A stretch of 63,640 nt of DNA, counting the filler, from Phoronis australis (Eukaryota; Animalia; Phoronida): NCBI GenBank assembly GCA_002633005.1. It is 10 parts of 10 records of this genome, joined end to end, with 100 filler letters (N's around TTAATTAATTAA, not from the genome) between each part and the next. Parts side by side here need not be neighbours in the genome. Positions count along the whole stretch, not along the records: positions 5,911 to 12,050 come from NMRA01000571.1; positions 12,151 to 22,675 come from NMRA01001532.1; positions 22,776 to 30,232 come from NMRA01000914.1; 7 more parts are not named here. One strand, written 5' to 3'. Shown one piece after another: positions 11,306-23,828 of the stretch. The notes beneath the pieces are model-generated. The model was not told where the DNA came from and made no database searches. It saw only the letters and a list, made by a program, of their open reading frames with translations. The position numbers and the translations under genes were made by a program. Every line of letters starts with the position of its first letter. Positions within the stretch are counted from its first letter, which is position 1.

Positions 11306-13939
11306 GTTGCCTGTGCAGTGTCGAGTATTTCTTGATCAGTGTAGCCTATGAAACCTAGCGATCCGACCCGTGAAGTCTTCGTTGGGTGAGCTCTTGACTG
11401 TCGGGATTGGCGCCGGGCGAGTTGCCATATAGACGTTTATTATTCAGCGTTCTGTTTCAAAATAAATTATTCTCATCCTTACCAATGTATATATGAAACT
11501 GAAACAAATTCTGTCTGCAGTATACGTGAGTGCAAATGTTGAGAAGCCAACAATGATTAATCGCTGCGTTACCGGCTTTTGATGCCGGCAACAAGGGTAA
11601 TTGACCGGGCACCGAGGCCGTGTGAGCGCATGCTAATTCAGTGTTTTCTAACAGAAAGCTGTTGTAAAACAATTACTCGATTTTATATGCTATGGTCACA
11701 TGTTAGGGGAATCTTTATTTAAAATTACAAATACATCATTCAAATCATTTTTACTGTACAACCTTTACCTTGACGGTCTGTGGAAGGGGAACACGTCGGA
11801 ATTCGCGGCCCCGACAAGTAAGTAGATTTTCAGTTTCGTGGCTAATTTGCATAAATAATTACGAACACATTATTTCTTTGGCTCACTATTATAGTCTTTC
11901 CGTGACTGGAGGTTTAGTTTCCGACTCAAGCTGGTTTATGTTCGTGCCCATAATGCTAAAACCTCGTGAGAGACCGTGCCGAGTAGGCAGCTTGAGCAAC
12001 TCGGGGCGGTCTGGTAGTCTGTTGTGCTTAGTTACTTCAATATGGCTGCTNNNNNNNNNNNNNNNNNNNNNNNNNNNNNNNNNNNNNNNNNNNNTTAATT
12101 AATTAANNNNNNNNNNNNNNNNNNNNNNNNNNNNNNNNNNNNNNNNNNNNGTAAAGTTATTGGAAGTTTTGTGGCGAAATTTGGGTCACTTTGTTTGGAA
12201 CGTGTCGGCCATATTGGGGGACAGCGGGATAAGTTACGAGTTTAAAACTTTGTGTAAATTGTTTTCGCCAACAAATTACGTGAAATTTAGTTAGACATAT
12301 CTTTACGTACTATTCTGCACGATTTAACAGTTTTCACCAAATTTCAGCCTCGCAGTTGTTACTCATTAAGTGATGAATGTGCTCACAATTCCCGCTGGAC
12401 TTCGTCTCATTTCTGCCGGCACCGACAACATGGCGACTTTTGCTGAACTGAAAGGCATGTTCAATCGGCTACTTTGTAATTTGTGAAGATTTAACGTTGA
12501 TACATTGTGACAAACGTTGCTACAAAAAAGAAACTTTGTTCAATTTTCGTGTTTTTGTGCAAAAATAGAAGATACGTTCGAATTTTTTCAGGTTATCAAG
12601 TCAACAATATGAATAATCTTAATTTGAGAAATGAGCTATGTTGGATTGTGAAGCTTCAAGCCTCTAATTCTTGTTCCTTGCAGCTTCATATTTTTTAAAT
12701 GATGTTTGTCAAATTCTGGTGTAAGGAAACACTATTCCGTCACCATGGTAATAGTTACATGTATGTCCACTTTCATATCATGGAAACTGTTGCTGTTGAA
12801 TAGTGTTTGTAATGCTAAATGTTGTAAAGTACTGTGCATTTTAAGGTACTTATTATGTTGGGTTAATTAATAAAAATTGATAACATGTTGTCGGACTTGT
12901 CATATTTAAAGATAGTAAAAGATAGACATTCCCAAAAATTCCAGCCCCCCCCCCTCCCATTCTTTTAGGCTTGGTGCGCTCATACAAGTCTGGGAAAATC
13001 TCTATTGAAAGCCAACAACTTTGCGCAGTTCGCCAGAAGTACCCAAGTTCTAAATAAACCTCGTTTGAGCGAGCGCTGTGGCCAGCGACCAGTTAGGCCT
13101 AATGGTAGCCTTGGCGCAAAGCTGTATAGGCCGATAGTCTTCACTGGTAGCTGGTGACTGAGGCTAACTAACGTCTGTTGCGGCAGTGTGACACAGGACT
13201 AACCAGCCCGTAATTTCATGCAAGTGTCTGAAACTACCTTTGAAAATATGCAGCATTTATGATTTGACCATTTTACTTCGACAAAACAGCTTGCAACCGC
13301 ATGCATTTACCGTTCGCCAGTGTCTGGTCTCGATCCGCACCGGGTCCGATGCGGCCCCGAGTCTGGCAAAATAATTTCTGTCAAAAAATCTATTCGCCAC
13401 ATTTCTTCAGCAAATTCCATGAAATTGTTCGTATTTTGATTTTATCAAAATTAAGGCGCGCTGACCATTATTTTATCCCTGTTTGCTGGCTGGTAACAGT
13501 ACAGGCACTGCTGCAGTCGCACTGACGGCGTTTTCTCGGCCTGGGTTCCTGAATGAATTGTACTTCCGGGTTCGCGGCAAGTTCAAAATGGCGGTGGTTC
13601 TTCGGGTGCGAATCTTGAGTGGCGCGTTCATTTAAACTTTTTTCTAGTACGGATTGTGTATTAGTTATGGGGTAGGTACTTCTTGGATCCTTATAACATC
13701 TTCTAACCATGTAATTAGGGTTAACAACGCGTGAGAGAAGGACTTTAAGTGAGACGTAGGGTAAGTCGTGGCACTATGGTAATCGATACTTTCAGTTTAC
13801 GATGGAACTACTAACCTGTACAGTGGGTGATATCACGGCTTTCCTGTTCGACAACTCCAGCTTTTCTTGAAGCTTTATAACTATCGTGAATATCTCAGCC
13901 CTTGAAAATCTAAATCTTTCGTTTAGCTCACTGTCGCTA

Positions 13940-14710
13940 TGTCAGAATATAGTCTGACAATATTTTTAGTTGCATTGTTTTGTTTTGTTATTCTGTTTGA
14001 TTGGCATGACCCCTGAGTTAAGTACAGTAATGATGTAATTTGTTTACTACAAAATAGTGTGGAACTTTCTAGAAGACTGAGGTCAGAACAGTGATGATGT
14101 AATTTGTTTACTGCAGTATAGTGTGGAACTTTCTAGAAGACTCTAGCATGACAGTGATTAATGCAGGCTGGAATATTCTAGAGACTATTACATGGTTTGT
14201 AGAATGATTGGGTAGGTTCCAGAAAGTTCTGGTATGAGCTTGAATTGATGAAAAGTTCTAGAACAATGCATTAGGCTATAAATACACAAGCACAAGTTTG
14301 TGTTATTCACTTGAGTCCAAGAAGATTAAGTCAGTTGAGTCCAAGAAGATCAAGTCGGGAGATCAAGTAAGTTCAAGTAAGGAGAACTACAGTTGAGTTG
14401 CAGTGAAGAGAATCAGCAGTTACAGCGATAGTCAATAGAGAGCCAGCTATAGAGACAGCAGGTTATTGAATCGAGTGTAACAGTTGCTGGAAGTATCTCA
14501 GAAGTTCAAAACAAGTCAAGGCTTCGCAGCACTGGCTGGAGCATAAACAGACATTACGTCGGACGTTTTGTTTGAGTAGGCTTGTGAACGTACGGTCGGG
14601 ATTAATAAAGAATTAACTCGAACCAGTCTTCAGTCAATCGTCGCACCGACAGCTATTAGCACCGGTCTGTAACAACCTGCGCCCACCCACACACGGGGAA
14701 AAACGTGACA
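13940..14710 (+). mobile_element. Solo LTR, 771 bp, with perfect 5-bp TSD
   Basis: CGCTA|TGTCA ... TGACA|CGCTA. TATA-like CTATAAATA at ~14276, AATAAA at ~14604, short internal direct duplication at ~14025-14140. Confidence 0.9.
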
Positions 14711-15623
14711 CGCTAAAAGTCTATAGCGTGTTTGTTCTGTCACGGAAAATTCTTTTTTTAACAGCAATATGAGCTTGATCAGCCATTTTATCGCTAGGGA
14801 CTCAACTTAGGGACTAACTTTAGGTAACCCCAAAAGTTGAGCCCCTATTTATGCCTAAACTAACTGGGAACTTTTCATGCAACAGTCCCTCAACTTTAGG
14901 GACGTCCCTAGGACTTAAGGACATTCCTAACATTTAGGGACTGTTTCATGCAACCGGGCACAGGACAATATCATGTGTGGAACTATGTTCCTCAACTCAG
15001 GGTTCATTGACACAGCTGAAACTCGGTTTCTGCAACATTTTAGGAGAAAAAAACGAGTGGTGGTGCCATGAAATGTGGGTCTACGTGTTCAGGGTTTTCG
15101 TGGGGAAGGAAAATTACCATTCACGTCCGGGTTAACGCCCAGGCCATTGCTGTAATTGGGAAACTAAAAAAGTTATGTTCCTTTTAGTCAAACTTGTACG
15201 TGAGCACTAATGAAAAATTATAGTAGACTGCATGCAGGGACCTGTTTCATAAAAGTGCTGTAACTTTATGACTTTTTTTCACGAAGTCCAAACGGAAACT
15301 AACGACCTGTCGAAGAATCCATATATGGATCTAAAGACACTGCGTAATGAAACGCCATCAAGTTTCATACTTCATTGTATCAAACTCCTATTCGAGACCG
15401 GGAAAATCAAGCACAGCAGTGGCCGCGTGACGATAATGACCACTGTCCATCATTACCTGTTGTGTATGATTATGCATCGGATATGACGATGTTTTCCTGA
15501 TTAAAACTAAGTTGAAACACTTTGATGATGAACACAAAATATACAATTTCGATTTTTCCGAAAGGTATGCAGGCAATCCTTTGCGGGATGAGACTAGGTG
15601 TATTCGCCGTTTCAACACAGTGG

Positions 15624-15782
15624 CAGTGGCGTAGTTGGGGAGTGGAGTTGGGCTGCCTCCCGCCCCTGACAGGGGGTGACAATGACGGAGGGAGGGGGTG
15701 CACAAATTGGAAGGTGTTTGTGCATGTAACTTACGACTGGGGCTTTTAAAATTGTTGACGCCTGGGGAGCTACTCGACACTG
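15624..15782. mobile_element. hAT-type MITE (CAGTGGCGTAG family), degenerate
   Basis: Left end CAGTGGCGTAG, right end CTACTCGACACTG, G-run-rich interior. Confidence 0.5.
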
Positions 15783-17549
15783 ATCAGTGCATGGCGGATT
15801 GGAGAGGGGGCGTAATCTAATCTTCTGCCCTGCGCGAACATAATTCTTACATGTTGCTACATGTACCTCACTGCCGGGTGTGTGTGCATTTTAATATAGA
15901 CATGAGTTTTTGTAAAATCTTGAGTAGATTAGATACGCCGTGAAAAAAATAATTGCAACAAATATCGCTTGTTTCCATGCAGAGGTGCAAGCCGGCCTTG
16001 ATGGCTTTTTGCAAGTGTTCTCATGCTTCGTGACCAAATGAGTTTTTGTCTTGAAGGCGTTTGTCATTATTAAATGTGTCAGTTGACAAATCACATGAAA
16101 ATCAACATCGTTTGTTATCTAATTAGATACATGTGTATTACTGTACTTTGGTTAATCGAATTCCCCATGCCAAATAATGTCGTATGGAGTTTGCAAGGCT
16201 GTATTGTTTAAATTGGGACATCCGCTCATTCGACAGGGGCCTAAGAACGTCGCATGGTTGTTACCTATGGGACATGTCATTGTTGCCTTTGTTGCGTCTT
16301 TGTTGGGTATAAAAATACCGGTCGCATGGCTATCGTACGTTGGGCGTACATTAGAAGGTAAATGCCTTTGTAAGTGTTCTGGCCTCAGGTAGGAAAGAGA
16401 AAGTGCACACCTTTCTTCCAGGTAATATTTGCTGTCGTCCGCATGAAATGTTGTGTGTTATTGTACTTGTCATTTTGTGATTGTTTATAAAGACGTAAAT
16501 ACAATCAACTGATCGGGAAATTTGCTACAGAATTTCTCAGGGACAAGCACTTTTTATTCTTCATTCATCGTATATCTTTCATCTGTGTGCCTCACCAAAA
16601 ATCATCTTTATAGCTATCGCTTTATATTTAATGTTTACGGTGGCAAAATGGACGATCTATTGAGTCTCTGGAAATGTAAGGCTCATGAACAAATCGAAAC
16701 TATTCACTGCTTCTATTCCGAACTGAACTCGATTGCCGTAAAACACCCTTTATGAGAATGTTGATTCGCAAATGCGTAGAAGAGCCTATCCCGTAAAACT
16801 GACACTTTGTCGAGACCACGAAACCTATGCTAAAGAACTTATTGAGGCCGCAAGGATCTCTTCACCTCCAATAATCAATGACCTCTCAGTTTACACAAGT
16901 CTGTCAAATTATCCCCAGGGGAACGTATTTGTGAGACAAACTCATATGTAGATATAGTTTCAAAACATGTGATTAAAGGCAATATTCGTTCCTGCACAAC
17001 GAATATGCGTGGTGCTGGTGCATCGACATTAGGCCTACATGAATACATGATTGTACACCTGTAAATTGGTGCACGCCAAGTTTTAGACGAGTTATTTGAA
17101 ATGCATAGAAAACAAAATGAAATTAAAGTCTTTATGAAGAAGTGTTGGAGTAAGCAAGAAGGCAACTATTCGTATGAAAAATATAAGCTTTTGGACCAAC
17201 GATAAAAAATGATAAACTGTCACCATAAAGGAGATAACTAATCCGGGAGTGATCATTTAAGGGCAACTACGTTCACTGAAAGAGCCTAGCTCTAATCTGC
17301 GACCTCTGACTCGATCCTTCAGATTCAGACACCGGACGTAGCCAGTCAAGCAACATGACGATGACAACGACTTTACTATGAACGAATTGGGTGAAAATAT
17401 GCTTTTACCATGGGAGGTTCATTGAGAAATTGACGAGTGTTTGAGAATGCAGAAGTAAGGATTGCATTTCCAGTAAGAATTTTGTCATTCTATTTTATCA
17501 TACGGTAATGATTGTATTGTTTTTAAGTCGTTCTATGTGTCCATTCCCC

Positions 17550-18080
17550 GAGTGTGCCCAACATTCCCCCTCACTGTTCCCTATATATGTGCTCACAAGG
17601 TCCCCACACCCTGTGCCCTGTATGTGCTCCACAGTACCCCCACACTGTTCCCTAATGTGTACCCAGCACGAAGCCCACCGATACTGCTCCTATGTGTGGT
17701 CTCAACAGTCCCCCACCACTGCTCCCTACAATGTATGTACGTGCCCAACAGTCCCCCACCACTGTTCCCTACGTACGTGCACAACAGTCCCCCACCACTG
17801 CTCTCTATGTACCTGCCCAACAGTCCCCCACCACTGTTCCCTATGTGTGTGCTCAACATTCCCCCCACCACATTGCTCCCCAGTGGCGGATTTAGAGGGG
17901 GGGCCCAAGGAGGCCATGCCCCCCACCCCCCTAGAATTCTCCCAATTGACAGTTAGGGAGTGCGAATGTCTGACAGGGAAAAATCCTAACCAATATTCTG
18001 CCCTGGCCCCCCTAACTCAAAATCCTGGATCCGCTCCTACTCCCCATTTGTGCGCTCAACAGTCAACCCACACTGCTCCC
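17550..18080. repeat. ~33-bp minisatellite (CCACTGTTCCCTATGTACGTGCCCAACAGTCCCCCA-like), resuming at ~18820-18905
   Basis: Visible tandem units. They produce the repetitive ORFs at 17508-18131 (TVPHHCSLCTCP repeats). Confidence 0.88.
17881..18039. mobile_element. hAT-type MITE (CAGTGGCGGAT family) inside the minisatellite
   Basis: Ends CAGTGGCGGATTTAGAGGGG ... CCTGGATCCGCTCCT. A relative at 54278-54591 ends AGATCCGCCACTG. Confidence 0.7.
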
Positions 18081-18289
18081 TATTCATGTAACGTCTTTGC
18101 ATTCATTTGTTATAGTGACAATTACAATTAATTCAAACAGTTATAAGGATGACACTCGTAACAAAGATAAGTACCCAGCTCAGTTGGGCTTATTAGTCAC
18201 TTTAACCACACAACGCAGAAGTACTATAAAGGCGACGGTTTCTAAGTTCAAAAGCAGACTTGATATATTTGGCGAAATGCCGCTAGGGA

Positions 18290-18790
18290 AGTGCTGAAAC
18301 GACAGTTTTAACGTATCTTATATTCTGAAATCTGCAAAGTTCGGTAATGTTGACGTGAAACACAATTAAATAGAATAGGCCTCCGTGATTTATTATAAAG
18401 AGAACAGCCAAACACAAAATGTAGCTCATCCTCCTCAAAATAAGAATTACAGCACAAGCAAAGTCTTTCACTTACAGGAGTGCTTACATAACGACCAGTT
18501 TCCAAGTGCAATGGGAGATTTCCTGCTCTAAACTGACCCAAAACAGATTGCTCGGAACGAGATAAGTTTCACATACGGTTCAGTTAAAATGTTTGGTTCT
18601 TATTTATGTTAAACACATTTTTGATTCCGTCTAACCAACCATTTCTACCAACAGAGTACTCCCATAGAAGTATCTTTTTCAGTAACCTATCACCACCAGT
18701 GCTCACTAATCTGTTCCAAAGACGTAACATATTCAATTTAAATCTGTTTCCGGTCGAGTCCCACCCCAGGACACCACCAGCTTCAGTGGT
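18290..18790 (-). mobile_element. Non-LTR retrotransposon ORF2 C-terminal fragment (RTE-X-like)
   Basis: MLRLWNRLV...RLLKKILLWE...WLDGIKNVF and QFRAGNLPLHLETGRY..ERLCLCC..EEDELHFVFGCSLYNKSR (CCHC finger). Confidence 0.8.
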
Positions 18791-19202
18791 TGTAAATCGG
18801 TTGACCCTTTGATATGTATATGTATGTTTGTGCTCAACACTCCCCCACACTTCTCCCTGTATGTGTGTGATGGACAGTTCCTCCCACACTGTGCTCAACA
18901 GTACCAAAAATTGAAACGCCACAACTAGTACGCACAAATGTCAGTCATTATTCGCCAGAAAACTACTTAAGCATTAATTTATTCTAACAAAAGCACAATA
19001 ACATCTTTTAAAAACACTTATAATTTCCGGGACCATTTTACCAAAAGGCGTAAGCCCGGTAGATTCTGAGATCGTGTTGTCGTAGATTTTTACTGACTGA
19101 GGGTATAATATAAAGTGACTTTAGTTAAAAAACGATCGTTGAGTGTCAATACTGTCAAAGACAGAATTAACGCAAGTTGCAATGTTTCGCTTTTTATCGG
19201 CG

Positions 19203-22200
19203 TTACGGAAACGAACACTCTACTGCGCAGTGAGTGGGGGGACAGTTACCCATGGCGCAATTATCCTGGCACCATTTGTCCATACTGGGGTCTGCAGAAT
19301 AGGCTTGCGTGGCTTTGTACACGCAACTGGTACCTCCGGAACCTGGAGTTGTATTGATGGAGGTAGCTGTTGTTTTAACACCAGCTGTTTGCTTTGAGCT
19401 CAGAGTCGATCCGCCAGTGGTCCCACCAATCAACACCGACTTGGCGGCCTTGATCAGAGGGTAACTTGTGGTGCTTGAGGAGCACAAAGATCCAGTAAAG
19501 TCGTCTAAGTCCAAAGCCCAAAACATGGCGCCTCCTAGTCCCTTTTGCTTGACAAACATAGACTGAAAATGAGAGGGGGCAATGCCATTACAGGTATGTG
19601 GTGGTGAAAGCACATTTGCAGAATATACACAGGCCTTTCCGGGAGGAGCGTATGTATCGTTAACATTTAAAACCTCATATATTGCACTAAACCTATGAGG
19701 TATCCAAACACTTGGTCTACTCGGAGTGTGACCTGTTGTCGGGCACCTCGTTCTCCATTCGTTTGTACACTCCAACCCGCAAGGCACCTCCTCTGCACCA
19801 ACGGTTATGCCTCATTCGTCAGCTACTCTGAGGAGTCAGGATTTCTCAGTAAGATTGAACCGAGACATATTTTCGCTTCGATCCCTCTAAATGGTCGGGC
19901 TGTAACTTAGTGAAGTGTTGATGGCACCCGAGGCTGGTCCATGCTAGTTTATGTAGGCAAAAATCGGGTCGGGTCATATACGAAGTCTCTCGTAAAGTGG
20001 CCTCTTCAACACTCTACTCGAAGTCACATTTCTGCTGGGTCCAGTGGCCAATGAAAAACGTGGAAGAGACGACTGAAACTCAGCCTCATTGTCACGATAT
20101 TGTGTATCTACAGTGCATTACGTAATCCAGTGTCCGGGGCCCGGCCTCTTATCTTTGAAATCGAAACGAACTCGAAATTATTTTAGGCAATTTCTCTGCT
20201 CCTTTTGTGAAAATTTAAGACAAGTGGTTCTCAGACTGTGCTCGAATACATAATAATTTATGAATATGAGTTTCTAGTCCACGTTTGCACTTGATGACCC
20301 TTACACTTATGATTCGTGCTACAAACTCGAGTAAGTCGAAATTTCGAGTTCAAACTCGAACCTTTAGCCTTAATGTTGGGTTTATCAACTATAAACTAGT
20401 ACTTATCCATGCAAGCCATTATGTAATCGAGTATAAAATAATAGATACTTATCTTGAAATCGAACAAAAGTAGAGTAGAAATTGTCTAACATAATTTCGA
20501 GTTCCATTTCGAGTAAAAAGATTAGAGACCTACCCCTAGTATGATAAATTTTGTGTCCTGGCGTGATAAATTCAGTTTGGTCCTGACATGAAAAATTTGA
20601 GGTTCTGGAAAGATAAAGTTTTGTTTTTGGCATATTTTTGGTCCTTCAGAGAATTCAATATTTTAATAGAATATTCGTTGAGTGCAAAAGTATAATGGTC
20701 CTCATATCATTGCGCCAAAAAAACCCAAAGTTTGCGACCGAAACTAAGTGGTACGTGCAAATCGTATATAACTGAATTTGAAGTTTTCAGCACAAAACAT
20801 AATACAAAACCTTCCGTTTGTTTCCATACCCAAACGACAGTGGTTTCATCGAGAACGCGTTTATTGATATACCGATTTACACAATGTGAAGCGTTCCCGT
20901 GTTCTTTTGAAACGTAATGGACATTACGCCTCTCACGTGAATTATCACGGTTCAAAATGTACTAAAACCAATCATCATTGGGTACCAGAGAATCTAAACC
21001 TAACATCTTATCACAAAAACGCTGTTAGAAAATTTTTATTGGTCTCTCAGATGGTTTCTGTGACAAATAAAATTCGCAAAATGTAAGATATTCTAAAAAT
21101 AGCAGTCGTATTCGTCTTTGTAACATTACGCAAAAGCTAGGAATTTGTTTTAAAACCCTGACAATGGTTTTAAGACTGATGAATAAATATTGACTTTGGA
21201 AAGTTTCAGAGAAATCCACTGAGTCGTTTTCGAGAATTTGGGTTCAAATTAAGACGATTTGCCGACAAAAGGCAAATTTCAATTTGTGACGTCTCACAAC
21301 CTAAATGTTGTGAGACCTGAAAATCTCAAGAACTTCAGTTAATTATTCGGTGAAAGTTTGTTTTCACTCAATATAAGCAATACATGCCTTAACCATGTTC
21401 GCTATTTTAACCTTCACTCGTAATTTCAACTGAATTTGCAGTGCATAATTAACTTAATTATCGCAAAAAGCGTTTTATTTTGGAACCGTCTCCAGTCGGA
21501 CAGACATCCTTAAAGGTAGTTACATGTATGTACGTAAATTTGATTTGAATGATTAGTTCTCTTAGAAAAGTAATGTCATTTTGGCTTACACTTGTGTACC
21601 GAAATTGATTAGCATACAATTAAAGCTGTGGGAGAAATAATATTTTCAAAATTAATTGACCTTTGTATAGCAATTGACCTCTTCCGGTGCATTTTGGGAT
21701 ATAAACTATAACACTTCAAATTTTACGTACGGGCCGAATGAGCTGTGTGAACTTTCTGATTTCTGGTAGTTAACGAATCATTACCAAGGTCTTAAAAGGT
21801 CAAAAGGTCAAAAACAATGAGAAGCACACTGCATGGATGGACTAAAAACTATAGAAAAACAATCAGTTCTTTGCGCTGGTACGCGTCCAGATAACACATG
21901 TACAATTAGTAACTCAACAATACTTTGCGCTGGTACGCGCCCAGAGTATACATGTACAATTAGTAACTCAACAATACTTTGCGCTGGTACGCGCCCAGAG
22001 TACACGTGTACAGTTAGTAACTCAACAATTCAGTTACACCTGAATACAGGCAAAACTGTCGTAAATGAACATGGGACAAATATCAGAGGACTTACCTTTA
22101 TCTTAATGGAACTTTCATCGTCGTAGCCAACCCATTGGTTTCCCTTGTATGCGTAAGGGGCTTTAGCGGTTGTGTCGAACTTTCTTGTCCATCCGTTGTT

Positions 22201-22218
22201 TTTAATGTTGTGACAAAT
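19203..22218 (-). CDS. GH18 chitinase, last two exons (22218-22096 and 19562-19203): catalytic-domain C-terminus, Thr/Ser linker and Cys-rich module
   Basis: Exon ICHNIKNNGWTRKFDTTAKAPYAYKGNQWVGYDDESSIKIK (tttag/gtaag, phase 0) splices in frame to SMFVKQKGLGGAMFWALDLDDFTG..C..YPLI (ttcag acceptor), the canonical GH18 end. Stop at 19203. AATAAA on the minus strand at ~18978-18983. Confidence 0.93.
20138..20536. mobile_element. Second copy of the Harbinger-type fold-back MITE (in chitinase intron)
   Basis: GGGCCCGGCCTCTTATCTTTG..CGAAACGAACTCGAAA ... TTTCGAGTTCCATTTCGAGTAAAAAGATTAGAGACC, colinear with 3590-4174 apart from the artefactual duplication. Confidence 0.8.
21870..22030. repeat. 54-bp tandem repeat x3 (intronic)
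   Basis: CTTTGCGCTGGTACGCGCCCAGAGTATACATGTACAATTAGTAACTCAACAATA units. Confidence 0.92.
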
Positions 22219-23417
22219 CTAAAATAACCCGATTTGCCGGTTCAGCATTTGAATAAAGTCATCACACCAACAAAACCTCTTTGTAAGACAGGAGTCGGCC
22301 CGGATTGTGTTCAGCAGACGCAAGAAATTCGTGAAAACGCATGGCCACCTAAGATAGATGTAGCCATGTATTAAGCGAGGCACTTGATGTAGGCCTACTG
22401 TTTAGATTGTCTTGTGTTTGTTCCACGCATCCCGGGCTCAAAATGTATAATGTAACCATGTCGACCAAGAAGAGCACAAGAGAAGATCGCCTAGCCAAAT
22501 CTACTTCGGCCTCTTAAAGGCTATAAGACTCATGCGCACATCCAGCCTAAAATATAGGGGAGCTCGAATTCTCGGCAATGTGGACCTCTACTAACAAAAA
22601 GTCGGACGACTGAAAAAGCGCGGTATCCGTTCACAGCAGTGAATTGTGCATTTGCGCCTTTTTAGTGGACTTTTGNNNNNNNNNNNNNNNNNNNNNNNNN
22701 NNNNNNNNNNNNNNNNNNNTTAATTAATTAANNNNNNNNNNNNNNNNNNNNNNNNNNNNNNNNNNNNNNNNNNNNCCCCGCCCCGCCCCTGAGCATTATC
22801 CTATGGGATCACTGTACCAATGGACTGTTCTAACTTTCTTATCCTGCAACACAGACACACACCTGATGTTTAACCCTTTCCACAGGACCTGGCACTGCTG
22901 TCATAGTTCATTAATACAATTTGTGTGGAGACATTTCTTTAGGTTTTATTCCATTTAGATTAGAGCTGCACTATACAACATATATTCACCATTGATAGCT
23001 TTTGCAGTATTCTGAGTAGGCTAATGCACCCAAGTTGATATGTCACTTTCTTATGTCCGGTGCATTAATAACAAAACTGCATTCGATTTCCCTTTTCCTA
23101 GGCCAAGCTCTGTTTGTAGTCTCCAGGGGGCAGGATTGAATGCAACCACTCTTATTACCTGATTGTAAATCATTTCCTGTATAACTGTAGGTAAATTGAA
23201 ATAGTTCTAGATTGTGATGTGCAGTAGGTACTGTGAGCCAGTTACCAAGAGATTTCATGCAATTAAATCCATGTACAGTTCTAGAAAATATTCTGTTTTT
23301 GTCTGTTTAGAGATCATTTTGAATGATGATTTAGGATTGCTAATCATAATCTTACACAGTTGTACAACAAATCGAGTGGCATTCATTGGTTGCTTAAAGT
23401 ACCTGTTCTATTCTCAA

Positions 23418-23826
23418 TATGCTCCCATATATATTTATGTGGGTGCATGTTGCCATCATCTCTGTCTGGGCGTCTGCAGCTGGTTATCCAAAACCCTCAC
23501 AGGATCTTGATGAGATTTGGCAGATGTGTTGCTATGAAGCTGGCAATGGGTGAAGACGAATTGCGGGCGCATCCGACTATAGGTGTGCCCCCTAGTGTCA
23601 ATTATAGTTTTTACGTTTATCTCTATATTTTCATAAGTCCTGAACGGATTCATGAAATTTGGCACATAAGCATCAATTAGTGAGATGATGCTGTCATTCC
23701 GTTTTCGGATGGACTCAAGGTATTTTGCGCCACCTAGTGGCCATTTTACTGTTTTTGAGTCTGTTTGTTGGCGTCAGCCTCTCTATCTACCAAACCACTC
23801 TAAGGATGATTATGAAAATTGACATA
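23418..23826 (+). mobile_element. Helentron-associated (HINE/DINE-1-like) element, 5' part, interrupted by a MITE
   Basis: Terminal hairpin ATGCTCCCATA..TATGTGGGTGCAT, then a CTGTCTGGGCGTCTG microsatellite-like tract and internal repeat units. Same 5' end as the reverse complement of ~60950-61050. Confidence 0.65.
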
Positions 23827-23828
23827 TA

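Noticed and set aside
13468-13710. ORF starting MVRRC, resembling a THAP start
   Set aside because: No second Cys, Trp or CxxHF motif follows.
10315-14710. Full-length LTR retrotransposon bounded by the two LTRs
   Set aside because: An artificial linker separates them, no gag/pol lies between, and the second LTR has its own TSD on both sides.
17508-18131. Cys/His/Pro-rich ORFs of up to 207 aa
   Set aside because: They are open in several frames on both strands because they translate a minisatellite plus a MITE.
19563-19787. N-terminal part of the 194-aa ORF 19203-19787
   Set aside because: It is intronic. Chitinase homology starts at the acceptor at 19562, which joins the 22096 donor in phase.
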